IMG/VR virus record: IMGVR_UViG_3300042090_001530
Span: 1-64,000 of that record
Origin: a virus
Lineage: Duplodnaviria > Caudoviricetes
Direction: 5' to 3' (one strand)
DNA: 64,000 nucleotides
The notes under the pieces: generated by a model
What the model saw: only the letters and a program-made list of their open reading frames with translations
What the model was told of the DNA's origin: nothing
Databases searched by the model: none
Shown here: positions 1 through 8,423 of the stretch, in pieces
How positions within the stretch are numbered: position 1 is the first letter of the stretch
Layout of the letters: every line of letters starts with the position of its first letter
Translations under genes and position numbers: made by a program

Positions 1-1
1 C

Positions 2-433
2 GCCGCCGGTCACGAGGTGGGCGACCTGTGGATTCAGCGGCACACCGACGCCCGGGACAAGGGCAAGCCGGGCGCCGAGGGCCGTCGGGCGTGCGCCACG
101 CACGTGGCGACGTACACCGCAACGCAGGCCGCCGCGCTCGCACTCGTCCAGGCCGCCACCGGTACACGGATCAGTGCCCGGCGGGCCGCGCTCGGCCTGG
201 CCGTCTCGGCGGCCACACACTACGCGGCCGACCGGCGTACCCCGCTGCGCCGCCTGGCCGAGGCGATGCAGCCCCGGTTCGGCAAGGCCGACTTCTACGC
301 GCTCGGCGCACCGCGCGAGGGCCACGACGACAACCCGACCCTTGGCACCGGCGCCTACGCCCTCGATCAAGCCTGGCACACCGCGACTAGCGTGTTCGCC
401 GCCGCCCTGATCATCGCCGGGGGTGCCCGATGA
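2..433 (+). CDS. DUF3307-like membrane protein of actinomycete plasmids/AICEs (5' partial)
   Basis: Frame is open from the window start (AAGHEVGDLWIQ). H-x-x-GD-x-x-x-Q start, THVATYT, SAATHYAADRR and DQAWH motifs match this family. Confidence 0.7.
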   Translation, partial: AAGHEVGDLWIQRHTDARDKGKPGAEGRRACATHVATYTATQAAALALVQAATGTRISARRAALGLAVSAATHYAADRRTPLRRLAEAMQPRFGKADFYALGAPREGHDDNPTLGTGAYALDQAWHTATSVFAAALIIAGGAR

Positions 434-726
434 ACGCCGACGCCACCGCCCAGCGCCCCATGCCCACCGCTGGCAAGTGGCGGCCCGCCGCGGCCCTCAA
501 GCAGGACTGGCAGATCCTCAAAACCAAGGACTACGAGGAGACCGGCGAGCAGCACTGGCTCACCATCACCCTCGCCATGCAGATCACCCGGCCGCTGCGG
601 GTCGCCTGGCTCACCTTCGACGACGGCACCCGCGCGAGCGTCCCGACCGACCCGGCCGAGGGCTACGAGTTCTTCACCCGCACCCCCGCCGAAGCCGAGC
701 GGGCCGCGAAGAAGACGAGGGCCTGA
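430..726 (+). CDS. hypothetical protein
   Basis: ATGA overlap with the upstream stop; GC3-rich codons. Confidence 0.7.
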   Translation: MNADATAQRPMPTAGKWRPAAALKQDWQILKTKDYEETGEQHWLTITLAMQITRPLRVAWLTFDDGTRASVPTDPAEGYEFFTRTPAEAERAAKKTRA

Positions 727-728
727 CG

Positions 729-884
729 ATGCTGCACATCCTCGCCATCGCGGCCAGCGCCTCGTTCGCCGTAGCCATCGCCATCGCGGCCGTTCACCAC
801 GTCGCACGCCGACACCTCGCCGCCCGCGGACGCGAAATGTACGTGCCGCACGACCGGGCCGACGACGACAGCGAAGGGGTCTGA
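729..884 (+). CDS. small membrane protein
   Basis: MLHILAIAASASFAVAIAIAAV hydrophobic segment; starts 2 nt after the previous stop. Confidence 0.6.
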   Translation: MLHILAIAASASFAVAIAIAAVHHVARRHLAARGREMYVPHDRADDDSEGV

Positions 885-886
885 CC

Positions 887-1114
887 ATGCGCCGACGCCG
901 CACCGCCTGGCAGGCCACCGCGTTCGCCACGGGCGCACTCACGATCACCGTCACGGCCGCCGTCCTCGACGCCCCGGCCCGGCTGCTGTTCATCGCGCTC
1001 GCCGCCATCGCGGTCGGCGGGATCGCCGCCACATGGGCGATCGAATGGCGCATCGCCGTCAACCAGCGGCGCATCCACCGGCAGCGCACCAACCGCACAG
1101 ACGAGGAGAACTGA
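887..1114 (+). CDS. small two-TM membrane protein
   Basis: Two hydrophobic segments and a basic tail; tight operon spacing. Confidence 0.65.
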   Translation: MRRRRTAWQATAFATGALTITVTAAVLDAPARLLFIALAAIAVGGIAATWAIEWRIAVNQRRIHRQRTNRTDEEN

Positions 1115-1115
1115 G

Positions 1116-1613
1116 ATGAGCGTCAGCATCACCCACCGCGAGACGGTGATCTTCTACGGGTACGTCTTCGACGCCGACACGTACTACGACCGCTACCCCG
1201 ACGCCACGGCAGCCATCAAAGCCATCCTCGCCGCAGCCGGCATGCCCGACCCGTACGACGCATTCCCCGAGGGCGCCGACTACGCCGACTGGGCCGACCG
1301 GCACGACACCGAGATCGAGGCGTACCTCGACGCCTGGACCAAGGCCGAAGCCGCGCTCCCCGTCGGCACCGGCACCCACGGCTCCAACGCCGTCCCCACC
1401 CCGTACCTGTACGTCGCCGGAACCCGCAGCGACACCCCGCGCGGCACCCCAAGGGCCAATCCGGCCATGAACCCGATCCACGTCGTCGGCCGCGACGTGG
1501 ACCCCGAGTGGAAGACCGTGCTCGACACGTTCCTCACCTCGCAGTCCATCACCCCGCCGACCGGGCCGAACCAGCCCAGCTGGTGGAGTGCCGCCTTCGA
1601 AGACAGGGACTGA
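1116..1613 (+). CDS. hypothetical protein
   Basis: GAGGAG RBS, tight coupling, typical codon usage. Confidence 0.75.
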   Translation: MSVSITHRETVIFYGYVFDADTYYDRYPDATAAIKAILAAAGMPDPYDAFPEGADYADWADRHDTEIEAYLDAWTKAEAALPVGTGTHGSNAVPTPYLYVAGTRSDTPRGTPRANPAMNPIHVVGRDVDPEWKTVLDTFLTSQSITPPTGPNQPSWWSAAFEDRD

Positions 1614-1616
1614 CAC

Positions 1617-1850
1617 ATGTCCAAGGAACTACTCGCGCAGGCCGCCACAGCCGTCATCAGGGCTCAGGGCGCATCCTCCGGCCTCCTCATGCACGAACTC
1701 GACACCGACTTCGACGTCGCGAGCCGACTCATCGACGAACTGCACCGCCTCGGCATCATCGCAGGCCCCAACGGCTCCCAGCGGCGCGAAGTCCTGTACC
1801 GGCCCGGCCAGCTCGACACGGCCATCAACAAGATCCAGAAGGAGAACTAA
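1617..1850 (+). CDS. stand-alone FtsK gamma (winged-helix) domain protein
   Basis: ASSGLLMHELDTDFDVASRLIDELHRLGIIAGPNGSQRREVL resembles the FtsK-gamma consensus AS.S.LQR.L.IGY.RA.RLID.LE..GIVGP..GS..REVL. Confidence 0.8.
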   Translation: MSKELLAQAATAVIRAQGASSGLLMHELDTDFDVASRLIDELHRLGIIAGPNGSQRREVLYRPGQLDTAINKIQKEN

Positions 1851-1852
1851 CC

Positions 1853-1990
1853 GTGCTCGCCGTCATCGCGCTCGTCGTGCTCTACGCCCTGTTCCACGGC
1901 CACCACTACCGCAAGCGGCGGCGGCACGGACTGTCCATCACCGCCAGCATCGCCGGCCCGTTCGGAACCCGCGTCAGCAAAAGGCTCTAA
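1853..1990 (+). CDS. small membrane protein (AICE-type)
   Basis: GTG after AAGGAG; N-terminal TM followed by basic HYRKRRRHGL...GPFG. Confidence 0.55.
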   Translation: MLAVIALVVLYALFHGHHYRKRRRHGLSITASIAGPFGTRVSKRL

Positions 1991-2041
1991 CCGACCGGCC
2001 GAAGCGAGCCGGCTATCAACCCCAGAAAGGACAGCAGCACC

Positions 2042-2479
2042 ATGACTGAGCAGGTCAGCAGCCCCATGCCCCTGATCCAGTACCGGACCGTCGGCGGCGC
2101 GATCGTGACCGTGACCGACGCGGGCCACCCGAGCGACGACTACCTGTCCACCGACCCGGCCGCAGCGCAGTGCGGCGGGTGCCTGGAGTCGCTCGTCCTG
2201 CACTCCAAGGTCACGGTCCACGACGCCCGCAGCTGGGCGACCGGCCACGCCCAGGAGTGCACCGCGCTGCCGCGGTTCGTGTCCGGCGGCGACGTGGACA
2301 ACGCGACGTGGACCGCGCTCGCCGAGGAGTACGCGGCCCGTGCGGTGCGGCTGCTTGAGGGCAAGCCGTCCACCGAGGACAGGCTCTCCACCGGTACCCG
2401 CGAGTCCCGCGACCCGCTCGGGTCCGCGCAGACCTACGCCGGCATCGCGGACGTGTACGCCCGGCTCGCCAGCCGCTGA
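2042..2479 (+). CDS. hypothetical Zn-binding protein of actinomycete mobile elements
   Basis: GAAAGGA RBS; CGGC...WATGHAQECTALP motif. Confidence 0.7.
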   Translation: MTEQVSSPMPLIQYRTVGGAIVTVTDAGHPSDDYLSTDPAAAQCGGCLESLVLHSKVTVHDARSWATGHAQECTALPRFVSGGDVDNATWTALAEEYAARAVRLLEGKPSTEDRLSTGTRESRDPLGSAQTYAGIADVYARLASR

Positions 2480-2638
2480 TCGAGCCGGGTGGGAACCGTC
2501 TGCTGCTCCGCTTCGAGACGGCGCCCGCCCAGCCCGGCCAACTGGCCGGACGTGCCGCGCCTGCCAACAGCCCCCACCCCGGGGGTGCTGGCGGAAGCGG
2601 TCGACCAACCGATACCAACCAGGAAAAGGAACCCCGCC

Positions 2639-2809
2639 ATGAAGAACCCGATCAGCAGGATCACCGACCGTCGCAGGCCGATGACTTTCGCCGAGCTCAA
2701 GGCCGCGGCCATCAAGCGCGGGGAGAAGGTCGGCCCCGACTGGGGCGCCACCAACGGCGCCACCCCCGCCACCGTCGGCTTCAACGCGCCGCGCGACAAG
2801 CAGCGCTGA
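2639..2809 (+). CDS. small hypothetical protein
   Basis: GGAAAAGGA RBS upstream of the ATG. Confidence 0.55.
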   Translation: MKNPISRITDRRRPMTFAELKAAAIKRGEKVGPDWGATNGATPATVGFNAPRDKQR

Positions 2810-2908
2810 CCGGACGGGCCACGCCCGCCGGCGGCCCCGAGCTCTCCCCGGGACCGCCGGCCCCCGCGGCCAACCGGCCGGAACCAAGCACCAACCACGA
2901 AAGGACAC

Positions 2909-2992
2909 ATGATGACCCGTCCCGAGATCGACAGCCGCCCGAGCAGCGACCAGTCCGCCCTGCGGCCGACCGCGCGCCCGGCCGGCAAGTAG
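2909..2992 (+). CDS. 27-aa peptide MMTRPEIDSRPSSDQSALRPTARPAGK
   Basis: Strong GAAAGGA RBS; below the ORF-track length cutoff. Confidence 0.35.
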   Translation: MMTRPEIDSRPSSDQSALRPTARPAGK

Positions 2993-3068
2993 CAGCAACC
3001 CCGCCGCCGCGGCAGCACGTCGCGGCGGCGGGACCCCAGACCCAAACCGCCGAAGGAGGCGAGCCCCA

Positions 3069-3362
3069 ATGCTTCTAGTCACCATCCTGCTGCTCGCGGC
3101 AGGAGCCCTGCTCGCCGCCCTCGGCACCGCCGGGTTCTACACCGTCGCCACCACCGCACCCGACCCCGACGACCTCGGGTTCACCAAGCACATGGCCACC
3201 ACCGGCCGCCGCCTCATCTACACCGGCCTGCCGATGCTCGCCGCCAGCCACATCGGGATCGCCGGACCCACGGCCAGCGTCCTCGCGGTCGTCGGATTCC
3301 TCGCCGCAGCCAGCTACCTCACCTCCGCGCCACTACGCGCCACGAACGGAGCGGCACGATGA
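3069..3362 (+). CDS. membrane protein (3 TM)
   Basis: AAGGAGG RBS; hydrophobic segments. Confidence 0.7.
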   Translation: MLLVTILLLAAGALLAALGTAGFYTVATTAPDPDDLGFTKHMATTGRRLIYTGLPMLAASHIGIAGPTASVLAVVGFLAAASYLTSAPLRATNGAAR

Positions 3363-4000
3363 ACCCCCGCGAGCAGGCCGAAGCAATCACCGACCTCACC
3401 GGCGTCCAGGACGGCGGCAAGACCACCGAAGCGTTCACCAGGTTCTTCCGCCGCGGATCGCAAGGCGGCTGGAACAGCCTCACCCAAGACGACTTCGCCA
3501 TGATCGAAGACGCGTTCGCCGACGGCACCGGCAAGCCCCGCCGCAAGCGCAAGCACCCCCTCGTCTGGAAGATCGGCTACTGGTGGCATTGGCACATCAC
3601 CTCGCCGATCATCTACCCGATCATCGAAGTGCCCTCCGCGATCAGCCGCAAGATCCACTGGCATGCGTGGAAGAAACGCCACGGCGGCAAGGTGCTCGTC
3701 CCCGAATGGCACGACGACGGCGAGGCCTACCTCGCGTTCCTGCCCTGGACCGAGCTCGACGCCCAGCGTCGCACGCTCACCGCCAACCTCCCGCTCCGCC
3801 ACCGCATCGCCTCCCGGCTCGGCCGACTCCACGCCGGCTGGGGCTGGTGCTGCCCCGAATGCGGCATCGACTTCGCCGAACCCGGCGACCTCGCGCCGTG
3901 CGACGTCAGGGCGTACGCGGAACTCGACGCGCACGTCGAAGAAGCCCACGGCGGGGCGATGCCCGAAGAAGCCGAAGCCATCCAGCTGTTCTGGATCTAG
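3359..4000 (+). CDS. hypothetical protein with C-terminal CPEC...H-x4-H Zn finger
   Basis: ATGA overlap; WCCPECG...LDAHVEEAH. Confidence 0.7.
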   Translation: MNPREQAEAITDLTGVQDGGKTTEAFTRFFRRGSQGGWNSLTQDDFAMIEDAFADGTGKPRRKRKHPLVWKIGYWWHWHITSPIIYPIIEVPSAISRKIHWHAWKKRHGGKVLVPEWHDDGEAYLAFLPWTELDAQRRTLTANLPLRHRIASRLGRLHAGWGWCCPECGIDFAEPGDLAPCDVRAYAELDAHVEEAHGGAMPEEAEAIQLFWI

Positions 4001-4062
4001 CAAGGCGAGACCGCAGCTGCACGGCCAACTGACTGCCACCCGAACCGAAGGAGAACCCGACC

Positions 4063-4212
4063 ATGGCGAGAGACGTCACCTGGACCTGCCCGAAGTGCGG
4101 GGTGACCAAGGGCGGATACAGCTTCCAGTGGACTGCTCGCGACGACGCTCAGCACCACCTGTGGAAGAAGCACGGCGTGGACGTGACCAGGAACAAGCGC
4201 TACTCGCGCTGA
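4063..4212 (+). CDS. 49-aa C2H2-type zinc-finger protein
   Basis: AAGGAG RBS; MARDVTWTCPKCGVTKGGYSFQWTARDDAQHHLWKKHGVDVTRNKRYSR. Confidence 0.65.
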   Translation: MARDVTWTCPKCGVTKGGYSFQWTARDDAQHHLWKKHGVDVTRNKRYSR

Positions 4213-4250
4213 GCGCGGCCGCCCCAGCCCGAATGAAGGAGACCAAGACC

Positions 4251-4448
4251 ATGGCATGGAAGACGAAGTCCGGACAGACCAGCAACCCAGGCCAGGACGC
4301 CGAGCGGCGCGGCACCGAACCGCGCACGGGAATCCTCAAGCCCGGCGACAACACCAAACCCGAAGTGCGCGCCGCTATGGACCGCGTCCGCGACACCGCG
4401 CAGTTCCTACGCGACGGCGACTGGCACTCGGCCTGGTACCGCGACTGA
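4251..4448 (+). CDS. hypothetical protein
   Basis: AAGGAG RBS; 65 aa. Confidence 0.6.
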   Translation: MAWKTKSGQTSNPGQDAERRGTEPRTGILKPGDNTKPEVRAAMDRVRDTAQFLRDGDWHSAWYRD

Positions 4449-4460
4449 CCCCACGAGCCC

Positions 4461-4493
4461 CGCCCGCCGGGATGAGGCAGGGCCCGGCGGGCG
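4461..4493. terminator. GC-rich hairpin, possible terminator
   Basis: CGCCCGCCGGG / CCCGGCGGGCG 11-bp stem just after the stop at 4448; no U-tract. Confidence 0.4.
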
Positions 4494-4738
4494 GCACGGA
4501 GACAGATCCAGCTGACTCCGACCCGGCCCGGACAGTGATTCCAGCACTGCCCGGGCCGGACCAACAACAAAACTGAAGCACCATCAAACGCACAAAGAAC
4601 ACTGACACAGCAACAAAACCCAATACCCACAACCCGGGGTAGTGTGTGTGAAAACAGAAAAGCGGCCCCAGCAAGGCGATTCCAGCGCCAAGCCAGGGCC
4701 TGACCACACACCGCTATCTCCTTGGCAGGGAGCGACAA

Positions 4739-5821
4739 GTGGCTACGACGAAGGATAACCGCGCCCCGAAGAAGGGGCGAGCACGAGACGACAACGAGCA
4801 GCCAGTCAGCGCGCCCGCAGACGTCCACGCCGTCCTACGGCACGGCGGCACCGCGGCCCTCGTCTGCGCCGCCGCGAGCTCGGCCGTGTCCCTGTTCTGG
4901 CTCGCCATCCTTGTCGGATGGCCTCCCGCACTCGCATGGCTGCTGCCCGCGTCCCTCGATGTGTACGCCGGCACGAGCCTCTACGTCGGCTACCGGCTCC
5001 CCGGCGCGCATCCCGCCGCGAACACCGCGCGCCGTAACGCCCGCTTCGCCCTCTCCCTCTCGGTCGCCTGCAACGGGATCTACCACGCGCTCGTGCTCTT
5101 CGGCGCCGAATGGCCCTACTGGGTGCACGACTCGCTCCTCGTCGCGGTCTCCGCACTGCCGCCGGTCGTCGTCGAGCGGCTCCTCCACCTCCGCTCGAAG
5201 ATCGGCAACGGGCACGCGGCGGCATCCGACACCGTTGCCGCCCCGGCGCCAAAGGCTGCCGCCGGGACCGACAACACCCCGGCCGTCGTCAAGGAGACCG
5301 GCAAGCCTCCGCTTGACCGGCAATCGTCCACCGAGGCGGACATCGACAACCCGGCAACCGGCAACCCCGAGGATCCGACAACCCGGATCGGCAACCCGGC
5401 GACCCAGACCGGCAAGCCTCCCGTCAACGACAACCCGTCCGACCGTCAGGCCCAGACCGGCAACCCGTCCGATCGTCAAAAGCCGGCCGTCAAGCAGCCC
5501 GCTGCCGGTCAGCCGTCAACCGACACCTGGGTCGAGATCGGCAAGCCGCTCTACGACCGGCTGCGCATCGAACTCGGCAAGCGGCCCGGGGAAACCAAGT
5601 TCCACGCCTACCTCTCCGAGTGCGTCGCCGAACTGATCGAAGACGGCGTTCCCGTCGGCGCGAACAAGGACGAGAGCCCCGAGGTGTACGCGAACCCGTC
5701 CCTGTCCACGGCCAAGCGCATCCGCAAGGAGATCGAGGACCGATTTCCCGGAATCGTCTTCGGCCACGCCCAAGACGCCGCCGAGGGGCAGCTCGACCTG
5801 ACCGAGGAGGCGGCCTCGTGA
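4739..5821 (+). CDS. DUF2637 / SpdA-like membrane protein of conjugative actinomycete elements
   Basis: LFWLAILVGWPPALAWLLPASLDVYA motif, 4 TM segments, low-complexity linker; overlaps the traB start. Confidence 0.7.
   Translation: MATTKDNRAPKKGRARDDNEQPVSAPADVHAVLRHGGTAALVCAAASSAVSLFWLAILVGWPPALAWLLPASLDVYAGTSLYVGYRLPGAHPAANTARRNARFALSLSVACNGIYHALVLFGAEWPYWVHDSLLVAVSALPPVVVERLLHLRSKIGNGHAAASDTVAAPAPKAAAGTDNTPAVVKETGKPPLDRQSSTEADIDNPATGNPEDPTTRIGNPATQTGKPPVNDNPSDRQAQTGNPSDRQKPAVKQPAAGQPSTDTWVEIGKPLYDRLRIELGKRPGETKFHAYLSECVAELIEDGVPVGANKDESPEVYANPSLSTAKRIRKEIEDRFPGIVFGHAQDAAEGQLDLTEEAAS
5286..5580 (+). repeat. cluster of about 17 direct repeats YCGNCAA (ACCGGCAA x5), candidate clt/TRS locus
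   Basis: Copies at 5286, 5298, 5317, 5343, 5351, 5358, 5375, 5388, 5409, 5421, 5457, 5473, 5487, 5513, 5538 and 5574, plus a CCGTCAG variant at 5443. They fall in all three reading frames. Confidence 0.6.
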
Positions 5822-7983
5822 CCATCGTCCAGGGACATGTGATCCAACCCGGCGGAAACGAAGATCCCTCCGCCCCGGGGCAGATCATGCCTTCCCGCAG
5901 CTACGTTGCAAGTGAGCACTTGCAGGTCATCCACGGGCTGCTCCCGGCCCCCGCCTCGCCGCTCCAGGAGTGGCCAGGCCGCGCCCGCCTGGCCGAACGC
6001 GCCGTCGTGGGCATGATCCACGGCGTCCTGGCGTACAAGGCCGTCGCGCTCGTGCCGCTCGCCGTGGCCGCGACCGAGATCATGGCCTCGGTGATCCACA
6101 TGGCGCCGCATCACATGTTGGCCGGCGGCCTCATGTGCACCGTCGGGGTCGGCGCGTCCGCCCTTGCCGGGATCATGTCGCTCGCGCACGTCTCGAACAC
6201 CCCGGCTCCGCACCACGCCGCGACGCACCACGCCGGACACTCCGGGAAGATCATCGGGACGGCGTTCGGGATCGCCCTGGCCCTGTTCGAAGTCGGCACC
6301 ACCATCTGGCTCGGCCCCCTCTCGGCCCTGTCGTGGGGCGCCGGGATGCTCGCCACCATCGGCGGCAGCATCGGCCTCGGCGTCGCCATCCACCACCACC
6401 GCGGCCACACCCAGATCCGCGACACCGACCGGATCCGGGCCGTCGCCGAATTCGCGGCGTCAACCGCCATCGAACCGGCAAGCCACATGCCCCCGACGGC
6501 AACCCAGTACGACCAGCACCCGCTGTCGACGGAAGTGATCTACGCGTTGTCGGTTGTCGGCTGGCCCGGCGCGACCATCGACGCCATGCCGGTCGTCGTC
6601 AACCCCAACCGGTGGACGGTCACCGCCAACCTCCCCGAAGGCGTCGCGTTCAAGACCGTCAAGGCGAAGGAGGTCGAGCTCGCCGCGACCATGCGGATCG
6701 TCGCCGGAGGCTTGACGCTCACCCAGGGCCGCGGCAGCCACCAGGTCGTGTTCTCCGTCAACAACCTCGCGATCGCGGAACTCGCGAAGCCCGGCCCCCA
6801 CCCGGCCGTCGAAGCTCCGGGCCGGTCCGTCTCCATCTGGGACCCGGTCGACTTCGGGCTCGACGACGACGATGACGACGTCGGCATCGTGCTCGCCGGC
6901 ACCCCTGGCATCCTGATCGCAGGCGACCCGGGCAGCGGCAAGTCGAACGCCGTCGCGCACGCCCTGTGCCACGTCGTGCAGGCGGTCGACTGCAGGCTCA
7001 TCACCATTGACGGCTCCGGCCGCGAACTGGTGATCTTCAACGAGGTGGCCGACCAGCACACCACCACCGACATGGACGCCGCCATCGCGATCCTCGACTG
7101 GCTGCAAACCGAGATCACCCGCCGCGGCGCACTCCTCGCCGAACAGCGCGCCACGGAACTCACCCGCGAACTCGCCGAAGACCTCGAACTCGACTGCATC
7201 TGCTACGCCATCGGCGAACTCGCCTACTTCACCAACTACGACGACAGCAAGAAGAAGACCACGTTCAATCTGAAACTGCGCGACATCACCTCACGGGGCC
7301 GCGCCGCCGGAATCTTCGGCGTATTCGACACTCAGAAACCGGAAGACCGAACAGTGCCCTCGGCGATTCGCGACATGGTGCCGTTCAAGCTGGCATTGCG
7401 CTGCGAGACGGCCGACGCGGTCAACACGATCCTCGGCAAGGGTATGGCGAAGCAATACCCGGCGCACGAGCTGGACGCGGGAGCCAAGGGAGTCGGGTAC
7501 CTCAAGGGCGTCCCGGGACGCAAGCCGTTCCGGCTGCGCACGCGCCGGATCGAGCCGGCGGAACGCTACGCGATCGTCGACTCGGCCAAGGTCGGCTTCG
7601 TCGCGCCGCCGCCGATCGTGCCCGGCCCCGGCGGGGGACAGGCGGACTACGACGACGGGCCCGCGCCGGGCACCGGGGCCCCGGCGCTGCGCCTGGTGAA
7701 GGGCGGACTCTACCCCGACGGCACCAAGTTCGAGAACGAGACGTTCTCCGCCGTCTGGAGCCTGCTCGATCGGCTCCCGGAGGGTTTCACCTACCGGGAT
7801 GTCGGCGTGCTCGCCCCGTCGGTCGGCCTGTTCGGCGGGCGCAGCACCGTGCAGACGCAGCTCGACGCCTGGCGCGATCAGGGCCGGATCGTGGCGATCG
7901 GCGAGCGACGCGGCCCGGCCGGGCCGCCCACCGCCGTCTATCAGCGCTCCGACCGGGCCGGGCGCGGCGAGGTGACCGCCTGA
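5818..7983 (+). CDS. traB: TraB-like FtsK/SpoIIIE DNA translocase
   Basis: GTG overlaps the upstream stop. N-terminal TMs, Walker A GDPGSGKS, ELAYF, RGRAAGI...TQKP, and a C-terminal wHTH-like tail. Confidence 0.85.
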   Translation: MTIVQGHVIQPGGNEDPSAPGQIMPSRSYVASEHLQVIHGLLPAPASPLQEWPGRARLAERAVVGMIHGVLAYKAVALVPLAVAATEIMASVIHMAPHHMLAGGLMCTVGVGASALAGIMSLAHVSNTPAPHHAATHHAGHSGKIIGTAFGIALALFEVGTTIWLGPLSALSWGAGMLATIGGSIGLGVAIHHHRGHTQIRDTDRIRAVAEFAASTAIEPASHMPPTATQYDQHPLSTEVIYALSVVGWPGATIDAMPVVVNPNRWTVTANLPEGVAFKTVKAKEVELAATMRIVAGGLTLTQGRGSHQVVFSVNNLAIAELAKPGPHPAVEAPGRSVSIWDPVDFGLDDDDDDVGIVLAGTPGILIAGDPGSGKSNAVAHALCHVVQAVDCRLITIDGSGRELVIFNEVADQHTTTDMDAAIAILDWLQTEITRRGALLAEQRATELTRELAEDLELDCICYAIGELAYFTNYDDSKKKTTFNLKLRDITSRGRAAGIFGVFDTQKPEDRTVPSAIRDMVPFKLALRCETADAVNTILGKGMAKQYPAHELDAGAKGVGYLKGVPGRKPFRLRTRRIEPAERYAIVDSAKVGFVAPPPIVPGPGGGQADYDDGPAPGTGAPALRLVKGGLYPDGTKFENETFSAVWSLLDRLPEGFTYRDVGVLAPSVGLFGGRSTVQTQLDAWRDQGRIVAIGERRGPAGPPTAVYQRSDRAGRGEVTA

Positions 7984-8423
7984 TGGCGCGCAGGAAGCGC
8001 GGCTACCTGGCCTCGGAAGCGCGGAAGGCTGCCCGCGCGATGAGGCCAGACCGCGTTTTTCTTCGCTTCTGGACCGGGGGCAAGTATCAGACGTTCGGGG
8101 GCCTCGTGCGCGGGGCGCTCGGCGCAAGCCGGCAGCAGGTTCCGATGCGTGCAGTGCCACCCGGCTCGCCGGTTCCGAAGACAGCGGGGGCAGCGAAGCG
8201 CGCGCGTGCCGTTGCGGCGAAGACGGCGTCCGCGAGCAAGCAGACCACCAAGCAGCCGGTCATCAAGAAGACCGCGCGCGGCAAGCAGGTCGCCAAGCGC
8301 AAGGGCAAAGGCCAGTTCGACGGGTCCGTCGTGCTGCCGGGCGCCGACCTGACGCTGTACCGGCGCGCGGTGGACGGCAACGCGATCGTCCAGCCGGGCG
8401 AACCCGGGCGGAGGCGGATTTGA
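7983..8423 (+). CDS. basic Lys/Ala/Arg-rich protein
   Basis: Coupled to the traB stop; highly basic composition. Confidence 0.6.
   Translation: MARRKRGYLASEARKAARAMRPDRVFLRFWTGGKYQTFGGLVRGALGASRQQVPMRAVPPGSPVPKTAGAAKRARAVAAKTASASKQTTKQPVIKKTARGKQVAKRKGKGQFDGSVVLPGADLTLYRRAVDGNAIVQPGEPGRRRI

Noticed and set aside
4375-4707. Minus-strand hydrophobic ORF suggesting a type I toxin
   Set aside because: Hydrophobicity follows from the A/C-rich plus strand; no RBS or supporting motif.
5620-5817. Longer 787-aa start for traB
   Set aside because: The extension overlaps the DUF2637 gene and is Arg-rich noise; GTG 5818 has a GAGGAGG RBS and stop overlap.
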